NCBI GenBank assembly: GCA_964035545.1
Contig: OZ037766.1
Coordinates: 10,840,722-10,904,721 of the forward strand
Direction of reading: 5' to 3'
DNA length: 64,000 bases
From: Bugula neritina
Lineage: Eukaryota; Animalia; Bryozoa
How positions within the stretch are numbered: position 1 is the first letter of the stretch; every line of letters begins with the position of its first letter. Positions 40,870 through 52,700 of the stretch are shown here, piece after piece. The position numbers and the translations under genes are program-made. A model generated the notes under the pieces. It was not told the origin of the DNA, did no database searches, and saw nothing but the letters and a program-made list of their open reading frames with translations.

Positions 40870-41649
40870 CTCCCAAATGGTGGTGTTTTATGCACTTGAA
40901 TTCCATGTCATGTACATAAATATATATAATATTGGTGTCAGTAGTCAAAAATGTATAGCAAAGATTGACTCTTGTTTGTAGAAGGAATAGTTCAGCTTCA
41001 CTTGCCTCTAAATGCAGCAGAGGAGTCTACGCATTACTCATACAACATGACTTAGTTTGAGAAAGCTACTGTATTTTATTTATATGAAAATATTATTTTA
41101 TGCTGCTTAAGCTACTTGGTTTTCCTTCTTATGTTCAGGTTTAATAAATTCTCTGTATTTGAAACTCCTGTTGATTATTTTTTGCTTTTAACCCAAGATT
41201 TAAACTATAAAACTAGGTGTTTAAACAAGTTAAAGCCGCATAAATACTGGAAACTGGAAAATAATGACCACATAATATTATCAATTAAACATGATAGGTT
41301 TGGTTAATATATCTAGTAAATTTGTGCATTACTACTCTGTAATTTTGCAACTAATATGCATATCTGTGCACATAATAGTGATCTAAACTCTAAAGTATTT
41401 TTTCTTACAAAGCAATTTCATAGTAATAAATTATGTTTAAGATTCTTTTCCTATTCTTTGTTTTTGCTCTTCTTCACACTTCTATGTGTTTTAAAGCAGA
41501 TATTTAATAACCATCATCATTCAACTGACTATAAGGTAGAAATATTGAGTTAACTAAATAAACTTTAGCTATCTGTTCACTTTTTATTACTCTGCAATAC
41601 TATTTTTTATTATCATGTTTCATTAAAATGTATTACATAGTAGGCATAA

Positions 41650-41850
41650 GGGAGTGTCTAGGGTTTAGAGTGTTTGGCTTAGCAAACACGAAATCATGGG
41701 TTCGAACCCCAGTAAAGGCCAAATTGGTGATGCTAGGAAGAGCATCTAGTCATAAATGCTCTTGTGCCACATATGAATAAGTAGTCGGTAGCCCGCTTTA
41801 AAAAAACTTTTCCATCAGGGCTAGTGGCTGTAAACTTGCGCGAGTGTTTT
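41650..41850 (+). mobile_element. tRNA-derived SINE, copy 1 (intergenic, upstream of NOB1)
   Basis: A-box-like head, B box GGTTCGAACCC, core GATGCTAGGAAGAGCATC..TGCCACA and tail AAACTTGCGCGAGTGTTTT. Colinear with copies 2 and 3. Confidence 0.82.
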
Positions 41851-42274
41851 ATTACATTATAATAGGTAGGTAGAGAAATTATTACTTAATTAGTTAACGC
41901 ATATAGCTCTATAAGCATTGCTTTTTAGACAGCACTCTACAATCTACATGATAGCATTTAGAACTCAATATATAACCTATATTATTTTTAAAATATTCTA
42001 AACTCAAGAAAAGCTCGACTATAGTTTAATATTTGCACCAAGCCAGACCAAACGATTTGCCAACATAATATTTGACTAAAATAAGAAGTTATCTCTTCTC
42101 GCAAACTGTAACAAAGTATTGCGTTTCAATAATAATAACATACTTTAGTTCGTGATTTTATATACAGTGTGTAGAAAATAAGGGCCATACAACAACGTTC
42201 ATTTAGCGATACATTATAAATAACTTTGTAATGATTTTGCAATAGAACATTATTTTAGAAAAGAAATAGAAAGC

Positions 42275-45200
42275 ATGGCCACTGTTGAGCATGTGATTGT
42301 AGATTCTGGTGCTTTTATCAGAAATGCTCCCGTAAAGGTGAGTTAGTTATTAACTAATATAATTAATATATAACCAATATTTTATATATATTTTCCATTG
42401 TTCCAACCTCAGCAAGGCCTAGGCCCTAGGGCTAGAGTAAGAGTAGGCCTAGACTAAGACTTAGAGTTACTGTTAGAGTAGCCTAGTGTAGTGACACTGA
42501 CTGTGAGTGTGAGTACTGAGTAGTGACTGTGAGTGTGAGTATGGCTATGGGTATGAGTATTGATTCTTTAATCTTTTGCATTTTCGCTTGACACTTCTGA
42601 CTTCTGGCTTCTCACAGTGAGTGGTGGCAATCTGAGTCACTGTCCCGTGTCAGACTCAGTTAGTTACTGTCAATGTTACTGTGAGACTGGGTGTCATTCA
42701 CAAAGAATTAATAGTCATAGTCATACTGTGTTTTATCTGGCAGTAGTAAACAATTAGTAGTACTAGTAGTACTATAATAATAATTTGCAAGGCAAATTGA
42801 AAATGAAAATTAACTGATATATCATACTTTCATAGTAAAAGAATTTGCCAACATTCCCATTGTATTTGCAGTATGAGCACTGTGAGTATATCTAACTTGC
42901 TACCTAGTCATAACTAAAGGTACTACTACTAGTAATAATTGGATTAGCTGTAGGTCAATGCCACTGCAATGTCTCAAATCAAGTTGGGTTATGACTTATG
43001 ATTATATAAATAAGTATAGGAAACATACACCAGGCCCAGCTGCATAATTATAACAAAAGTTCTTAGGATGCACAACATAAGTTTTTTTTGTTATATCAAT
43101 TGTGTGAAATATAATGTTTTGTCTGTAAAAGAGAAAATAAATAAAAAAATGCCTTTAGTGTTTTAGGTGTTTTAATAAAACAAAATGTCCTGGTAGATCG
43201 CATGCTTGCATATATTTGACTGTGATTTAAATTCTTTTAATAGTTTTTGGTTATAGGCATTGGAAGTCATTCATAGCCTTACGATGACAAAAGTTATGTT
43301 CTTAAAGACATGAAAGTTTTGCCAGAAAGACATTGTATGTAATGAAATGACTATAAATTTTGATCGTTTTTAGGATATCAGTGAAAATGTCTACACAATA
43401 GCAGATGTCGTGTCTGAGATAAAAGATAAAGCTACTAGACAAAGACTGCAGGTTCTCCCATATGTTATAAAGTTTGTTGAACCTGATAAAGATTGCCTGC
43501 ATATTGGTTAGTAGTTGCTCTTTAATCTGTTGGTAAAAAAAAACAATAGAATTTAGAGCACAAGTTAGTATATTACTATTATGATACATAATATGAATGC
43601 CAGCAGTGCTTGCTAGCTTAAAGTTCTGAAAATTATTTACTCTTGCTTTTTACAGTCACGGAGTTCACAAAGAAAACAGGAGACTATATTAGCTTGTCGG
43701 CTACTGATCTTCGACTCATTGCACTGACATACCAGTTGGAAAAGCAACACGTTGGCACTGAACATTTAAAAACTGTGCCAGATAGAAAGGTAGAATTGTG
43801 TATTTTTTGTTTATACCTTTTTTATTTGTCTTTGCATTTTATTAGGTCCTCAATTGTTTTAGTTTAAAGTGTGAGCAGTGCAATTTGAGATTTAGAGCCT
43901 GAAGTTTTTTTATGATATCTATATGTTAGCTCTACATTGCAATGTTTCATTACAGCTCACATTATCCCAGTTACCCCATTCACATTGATACTAATGGCGT
44001 TGTGTTTTCTCTATTTAGATAGAGCTAAATTCAGGCCATCATGGGGGTTTTGGAACAGAGATCGCAGGGTTTTACCTGAAAAACAAGGCCAGTGGTGTGT
44101 CTACAGCAGAAAGTGAAGATACAAAAAGCACAGAAGACCCTCCCTCTAGTTCAGGTATACCGAACTGTGACGAGGAAAGCAATGGCACTGATGAACTGTC
44201 ACCCAGTGAGAACCTCTCTACCGAGGAAGTTAATAAGAGGTCAGTAATTTTAAGGCATTTGCATCTAGTTGCTGTATTCCTTCTCTGGATTTTGAGATAA
44301 TTATATGCAATGCAAGCTTTATAAAGTACCTACCAATATATATGCAATCTTGACTCTTTATTGGGTAATAATTGTAGAAAAAATTTAAAGGAGCTCTTGT
44401 GTTTTATTATAAACACTCAAGTCAAGCTTTGGTTCAATGCTTGATGTCTTCAAAATGCTGGCTGGTAAAATATCGATCTTTTCTAGCCTCTAAAGTCTAG
44501 CAAGTTCAGAAAAAAGCTAGCTATGTTGGTTGTTTTCTCTTTGAAAAAGAGTAATCAAAAAGAAGGCATCCGCAACTGTAGAATATTGGCTACTGAAGCT
44601 CCTGTAAAAATTCAAATGCTTGGTTTTAAGATTTTGGTCACGATCAGGTTTATATAGTGTGTTTTATGGTCTGTAGGTAGATTTGTTCGTAGTTGTCTTC
44701 CCACAGTATGTTGTGGTAAGATCTAAGTGTCGTCATTTGTTTTAATGAGACTTTTTTACAGTTTGTCTACTTCTTTCTACTTCTCAGTTAGCTTGTGCTT
44801 ATGGAAAGGAACTGGTTATGCTCGTGAAGTTATATTTCTCAGCAAATCTTTCATATTCTTCACTGACATAGCAATACTTGTCTATACTTGATTATAAAAC
44901 ATCTCCACCCTAATTGATATGCACTCTCCAAAATGTGGTGGGATCATTTTGCCGGTCAATGTTTAGGCTGCCGAATGATGGAGATGTTTTAAATGAAGAC
45001 ATACCTGAAGGTGACTCATCCAGTGATGAAGTTGCATCAGATGATGATGATGAGGGGTGGATTACTCCAAGTAATATTGGTGAGATGAATAAAATGATGG
45101 CCGGTACGTCTATTGGCGGGGAGACAACTTCATCATGCAAAGTCGGTTGTCTTACCACAGATTTTGCAATGCAGGTTAGACTAGATTATTTAGCATCAAG

Positions 45201-46611
45201 TTTAAAATAAACTATTTTAATAGTATTCAGTTGAGGGAATGGAAGTACAAAACCATTTTTATTTGACAGTAATTGTAGAAGCTTGGCAGTTTTTAACTTT
45301 TAGATCTTGGATTTTAAAATTCTAGTCATTAAAATAGACTTTTTTGTGCTCCTAATTGTTTAGCTCATTAAATTTCTGCTTATTTCAGAACCAGTTTGTG
45401 TTATTTAGGTGTCGGCTTTGCATGTACTTAATTGAGATGTATTTAAAGCCAATATGTATATATGATATATGGATAGTGGATACATAGTAAATTACAATTT
45501 ACTATTCACTGCTTGTAAATATAAGATGTAGTTCAAGTAAATAGAAATGCATATCTTAACCTTCCTTAGTTTTTGTAGAATGTACTCATACAGATGGGAC
45601 TGAATGTTGTATCAGTTGATGGTCTTCTTATCAAAAAAGTGAGAAGTTTTGTGCTGAGGTGCTTTTCTTGTTTCAAGTGAGTTGTGTACATGTAAAGTAT
45701 TTTGCCTTTTTAAAGCTATAAACAAGTTTTTATAGAGTTAGTGTGTAATCTTGTAGTTTCAAATTGATGATGTCTCAAAATATCTGAACTAAGCCATCTC
45801 TATTTGGTGTCGAGAGCTTTTTTATAGCTGTTTTACTATTATATAACTGCCGTTACTCACTGGCAATTATGTTGTGTGTATATTTACTTAAACTGTTTGA
45901 ATATATAAGAAGTCCTCTCCAGGAATGCCATTGAACCAGGTTTCTGTTATTTCGTAGAATATCGACAGATACCAGCAGACAGTTCTGTCATCACTGTGGT
46001 AATCAAACTCTGAGGAAGTTGACTGTATCTTTGAATGAAGATGGTACGATGCAATACTTCCTCTCCAAGAAGCAGTTCCGAATTCGTAAACAGGTTAGTG
46101 TTGTATTCAGGGAATGTTGGGCTGCGATAGTAGACAAAGGACTACTTTCACTCTTGCCACCTATTGGCCATTCCCAAGGCCATTTTGTTCTACCAACAAC
46201 TCAATGCTATAAAAGTAGACGGTGCAAAAGCCAATAGTATAAAAAAGATTGGCATTCATATTATATAAAATCTATTGCACCACAGTTATCAAAAAATGGT
46301 TAATTTACAAAGCATGCTCACACATTGCACCAGATGAATTGACAACAGTTATTCTCTTTTAGCCATCAATACCACTTCCTAAAGGAGGTAAATATTCTAA
46401 CTATCCTAAACTAACGGAGGACCAGAAGCTACCCCAGAGGAGACAAGCTAGACAGAAGAAGCAGCACTACGGTGTGTTTGACCCAGACTATATCGCTAAC
46501 AGCTCTCCATTTGCTTTGCGTGACACGACCAGCAGGTCAGCTATGCTTGGAGCTGGCAGAAACTTTAACAAACGTGATCCCAACGCCGGACCACGTCGCC
46601 GTAAGAAGTGA
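42275..46611 (+). CDS. NOB1: RNA-binding endonuclease NOB1 (18S rRNA site-D cleavage). Exons ~42275-42337, 43374-43506, 43656-43789, 44019-44239, 44967-45174, 45579-45676, 45958-46093, 46363-46611
   Basis: PIN-domain motifs VIVDSGAFI, VVSEIKD, KKTGDYISLSATD, DDEGWITPSN and CLTTDFAMQNVLIQMGL; zinc ribbon CFSCFK..FCHHCGN; C-terminal PKGGK..SPFALRDTTSRS. Confidence 0.96.
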
Positions 46612-46777
46612 TGGGCTGTCTTGAAAATTCTCTTTTATTCAACTAATAAATAAATTTTCTTCTAAATATAATAATGTGTCTCATCAAAATTAAAATTTAT
46701 GTAAGCATTTTGTTACAAATTATAATTAAATATTGAAATAGATATTTCCTTTTGAACCTGGTTCTTTAATGTTTCTT

Positions 46778-49700
46778 CTAGCCAATTACATTCTTCTGAC
46801 AAGTGCTTGTAGTGCCGTAAATGTTGCAGCAAAAGTTTTGGTCGTAGAACTTTCCAGTCCTGAGACTTGTGGTACAGGTAGATGGTCTAGATCTCACCAC
46901 AAAATCAATCTCTTTGGTAATGGATCTTCTCAACTTCTTGCAAATAGCTGAATCTATATAGAACACATTTAGAATTTGTAAAATGTTACTGTAATTTATG
47001 CCATAAATGTTTGGTAGAATTAAATTAATGAAGTGTTTTCAGGCTGAAAATATAACCACCTTTATATCTGAATAAAGTATTGGATGTTCATATATGGAGT
47101 TATAGATTTAAAGAAAATTAATGATGGAATCATAAATATTTGCAAATAATATATTATAGTTGGTGTAATCGAATAACACTCACCAATGCCAATAGTTCCA
47201 TAAGGTGTGATAGCAGCTTTTTTCTGTTTTACTACCTTTTCAACTGGAAAAATTATAATATAATATAAACTGAATATATATTAAACTGAAAATTATATAT
47301 GCCAAAATTGTCACCCACAAATACGAAGTGATTTCATATAGCACAAGTAGCATGTTGATCTAGACATTTCTATTGGCATTGCTATGGGGAACAACTATTG
47401 AAATCATTTCTAATCATGGTGTATGGAATTAAACCTGTAACCAACTTCTATAGTTAAGATAGCAGCATGTATATAGAAGCTATACTTACGTCTACTCTGA
47501 CACAGTGAATTGCAAATACTTGAGAAAGTTGTGCAGCTGTACCGGGTTGAAGCAACTGTTGGCTTGACCTTAAACTCATTCGATACATCAGAAGCTCGAA
47601 TATTTTGAAATATGGTAGAATATCCACTATATCTTAATCCAACATAGCAGTCACAACTGTAATAGTAAAAATTATTTTATATTACTCAGTGACTTATATA
47701 ATGTAGATATTTTAACCATGATTTCTTGAACTATGATTGCTTATATATGTTACACACATATATATAAGTAGTCTACTATAAGCATGTTATAGGTACTTCC
47801 TCTATAAAGTGTACCAATATTTGCCATGAAAATTTCCTTGAATATGGTTGGTGTAGAATAGCTGAATAACTAACCTGGCTCTGTAGACTGTTGACGGCTT
47901 TTTAGTGCTTGCATTGGGCCTGTAGGTGCTGTTGAAGGGTTTGTAGGTGGTGCTAAAGTAAGGCTTGTCGGTTGTATTAGAAGGGTAGTATGTGCTTCCC
48001 GATCCAGCTTTGCATCTTCTATAATAACTGCTAGTACCTCCTGAGCAGCAGAAGTTATAATCCAGTGTTCGGATGTACGAGCGGTATCGTGAGTTAGAAC
48101 ATTGCCAGTTGTCTAGCACACTGTACAGCTTTAGTTGAGAGGACTTGCCAGTGTAGTAGATGGGCTTGTATATTCTTCTACAGGCATTATTCTCTGCAAT
48201 ATCATCAACAAACTTAATGCATACTACTGAATATATGGTATTACTAATAATAATATTCAGTTCATACTATAGAATGATAATACAAACTGCAATAACAATC
48301 TCAATATCTTTTAGTAAATTTCATCAAATAAGTTAGTATGTAGTATTATTTATATTAATATAAATGTTCTGTGTATAATTATTAAACTTACTTATTCCAG
48401 TTACAAGGTTAGTATTGAGAGGCAATCCAGAAACTGGCTTCACAACTAAAATAAATTTAACATTAGTGGTTTTCATAGCTGTTGGGCACAACTTTGGTAC
48501 CCACAATAAATATCCACAATATTACAACTACATACCCCCAATAAACGCCCACAATAATAATTGTATAATTTGTTAAGTTAATTATAGCAATGCCCAAGCT
48601 ACACAGGATAGTTAAGGGCAACCTTTTAGCTGCAACTGCCTTGCTGAGGTTTGCATTGTAATCATATAAGAATTCAGTACCAGTAAAATAAAATCTCACC
48701 TAATTGTGCTTATAGAGTCAAAATTTAAAAACTATGTTGTAGATCTTGTTTTTCCCCAGTGCAACTTTTTTGGAAATTTCAATTTTCATTTTTTTTGCAA
48801 AGTTATAGACAAAAAACTGCCCAATTTTGGCCAATTTTGCCAGAAAAGCTGACTTTTCAGTACCAGTAAAATATCTCAGCAGCAAAAGATGATATCTGAA
48901 TAAAAATTGCACTGCTGGAATCCTGAGATATTTCTCCAGTGCATCTTTTTTTCATTTTCCAATAACTCTGCTAGATTGCCCATAAATTGGTGATTTATAC
49001 ACTGAAAATGCCATATTTTTTCATAAGAAACTAGCAGCGCGCAGTGCTTCACGCTTCAATGAGCACTTAGGGATGAGAAGATATTGGCGCGTACATGCTA
49101 ATTATAGGCTTGCTAGCTGGCAGGCTATTATGAATAGCTCGCTTTGTACTTTGTTTATGTAGCACCCATAATGGAATGTTGATAGATAACGCAGCCCTAA
49201 TGAAGGTTGTTGCTCATTGGCTGTAGTTTAATCTTAGGCTAAACAAATGCAAGTAGGCAACACGCATGCCACCCGCAGAGCAATATTATTCTAGAACCTG
49301 AACTACATTTTGAGAGAAATTTATGATATTCTTAGTGAGGATGCCCTTAACTATCCTGTGTAAGTCTCTCCATGCTTTCTTATAGCATGATCACTGCCTT
49401 CTTCCACATTTTTAATTTAATCTCGGAAAATTTTTGCTATGAGTGGCGGCATTATTCGCTATGGGAAGGGTTAGAATAAACATGTGATCAATATTTATTC
49501 CAAGGATATAATACAGCTCTACAAAATGGTGAATATTTAGCTCTTTTATGTTTGAAATTTGTTAATGTTACCAGATTTCACAATATAGGCCAACTATTTG
49601 CACAGACATCATCTAAATTCTCAAATTTTTGAATATTAAGATTACATGAGTTTTAAAAAATAATTGATCTAATTGAAAACTGTTGAAGTTACATGGCAAG

Positions 49701-52700
49701 ACTGCATATGCTATACACTCAACACAACCTATAAACTTATAAATGGTTACCTGCTTATACAAAACAACATACAATAGCATACGAGCAACTATTAGCATTA
49801 CAATTCAACTTTAACTTAGTGTAAAATAGTTGGAAATGCATACCAAATCTGGTGCAGCTTTGTTTGCAGAGTTGCTGTGCCGGGTAGCACCCCTTGGTGA
49901 ACGATACAGTGACCGTGTAGGCAGCTGACAGCAGCTGCTCCACTCCGTTGTTTATATACACAGGAACACACTGACATCTTCAAACAAAGTAGTTTCTAGT
50001 TCACCATGATGTCTTATATGCAGCAGCTTGAACATTTTATGCTTTACAAGGATTCTCATTTTTTCATATAATTGGCTGAATTGACTTACTTTATGGTCTG
50101 AGATGATTTTGGAGTTGTGGAATAGTAAGGAGTAGATCTGCAATCAGCAATTAAAATTAAGCAAGTTTATGATTATAATAATTCATCTTTAGTAACTATA
50201 AACCTGATTTATGAAATATAAATATTCTACTATGTTGCATCAGCAATTATTGCGACCTTCTAATATATCTGCTTAGGCCTATACATGTATAATAGATGTA
50301 TTGCCAACATATAGTAATTGAGGCTTACTTTGTAGTGTAGATTTTAGGGGGTCTGCTTGCTGTCGTGTAAGAGGCATCACATTTCTTGGTATATCTCTTA
50401 TTGTTACAGCAAAAGTAACCAGTATCCAGGGTGGCCACAATCGATGATGTCATGTTGGTGCATGTCTTCAAATCTGAAGTAAGTAACAGCTTTGCTCTGT
50501 TCCCCGAGTAGATGTTCTTTTCTACCCCACAGATTCTGTCACCTTGAATTATAAAATTACGAGAGTTGAAAGCATCCTTCGCTTAAAAGTGAGTAAAACA
50601 GATTTGCTATAAAAAGTTAATTATCAGCATTTTTAATGAGTTTTAGCTACTTTCAGGTGATAGACGTGGAAAAGTCTTGCTAGTAATTCATTGACTGAAT
50701 CATCTAAATAATGCTGCAAAGTGGCATGCAGACATATCAGCTGCTTAACTATGTTTATTGCAGTTTTTGAGATAAATCTTGATGCAGCATTTTAGCAGAA
50801 ACTAGATTTTTAAAATTTTTCCCTTATTTGTAGCATGTAATGTCAAATTTAAGTTGTATAACAAAAATGTGATCAACTGCACATAATGTCACGATGTAAC
50901 TAAATACACATGGGACGTACCTACAGATCTGCCAAAGTAACTGGATGAGAATGGATCAGACTTTGTGTAAGAGTAGGTATTGGCTCCAGATCGCATGAGG
51001 TTCCTATACTGATTGGCTGTTAAAAACGCAAAGCGAATAATATTAGTTTATAGTTGGTATTAAAACTCTAATAATTAGAGAAGAAGACTTTTTGAGGTGT
51101 TGTCTGTATAATTTATAACAATTATATTTGTGAATCTTGGAACTGTCCATAAAAAGAGTTAACAAATTGAGTAAATAATTAGTGTTATAACGACATATTT
51201 ATGAAAGAGAAAATTATTGTCTAGACGTCACAGTAAAATTTTTTTATCTATTACTAGTTAACAGCAGCCTAATGTTAACATTGACATGTAGCTCAGTAAC
51301 ATCTCATGCAGATGCTGAACTCTTTTTATATTAAAAAATAGTTAATTAGACAAACTTGCTGAACTAGTATACTTGTTCAAATAGGCTGTGTTGTATGATG
51401 TAACATTACCACTAATAGTATACCAGATGCTATACTAAAGAAATGTTTCAACGGTGAAAATGAAAATGCTAAAAAATGGCTTACTGGTTTTGCAATATTG
51501 CTTGCATTTTTGCATGCCTGCATCACAGTCTTCAGAAGAGAGAATTGTGATATTAGTAGGCGGTGGGAGAGCTGTTCCAATAAACGTGTCGCCATAGTTT
51601 TTGAACACGGTCAGCACGCATTTACACCTTAAAGCAAAGTATTATACATAATTTACTGTAATATATCTACAAAAATAGTTCATTATCATTTTAATTTCAT
51701 TTTCAATCAAATGAATTCTTCATTAGAACAGCGGAGGAAGGTAAAGGCTGCTAAAATCTTAGACTTCACTCATAATGCACCAAAATTTTTCCCAAATAAT
51801 GAAATTCATCAACTGAGAAAATGCTGTAGAAAATATTCTACAGTATCCTCTACATATAGTCTACAGTATACTCTACAGTACATCTTACACTCTACAGTAT
51901 TTCCTACAGTATATACTACAGTGCACTCTACAGTATATTATATAATACACAGATGCAATTATAATTACTAGTTCCATTATTACATGGCTGTATATTGTTG
52001 CACTGAGTGCGTCTTCAATCTCTTAATTCAGATAAAGAAGTAATATAATGAGATGACTTACGGCAGCACTCGAGGTGGCCTGCTGCACTTTATATTTTGC
52101 CCTTTTCCATCACAGCAGAAATTCTTTTCCAGTAAGTGAACCTCTTGGGGTCTAAACCCACATTGAGGGAGGTGGCTGTATACATACAACTCGGCCCCAT
52201 CTCCAAGCAACTTCGACTTGTAATCTTCACATACAAACTCACCTGTAAATCAATTGAAAAGTATAAAGGAAAAAAACTCATCTTAAATTGTACAATATAG
52301 GCATTTAAAATAGTAGTAATAATTACATATTATTATAATTATAATAGTATTATACATTATTAATTGAAAATGTATGTGAAACTTTTAAATCATACTATAA
52401 TAATAAGAAACACTATGCTGTAACTACAACTAGCCTATTGTTCCTTGGAGCTTAGGTCTTTGGGAAACTGGAATCTTTAACAACTTAAGGAAGTCTTGTC
52501 GAACAATAATCTGTCTCAAGCCACCAATATTGTTCACACGAGTTTTCACATCTGGAAACATATTAGCTAACTGTAACATGTGTAACTACAATGAAAACAT
52601 ATGTAGCTACATTGAAAACATGTGTAACTACAATGAACACATGTGTAACTACAAACAAAGCAATGTAATTATAAGGGGAACATAATATAAAGAATTCTTT

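Noticed and set aside
41650-41720. Possible tRNA gene (also at 56024 and 58716)
   Set aside because: No complete cloverleaf or acceptor stem. The similarity continues into a shared non-tRNA body, so these are SINE heads.
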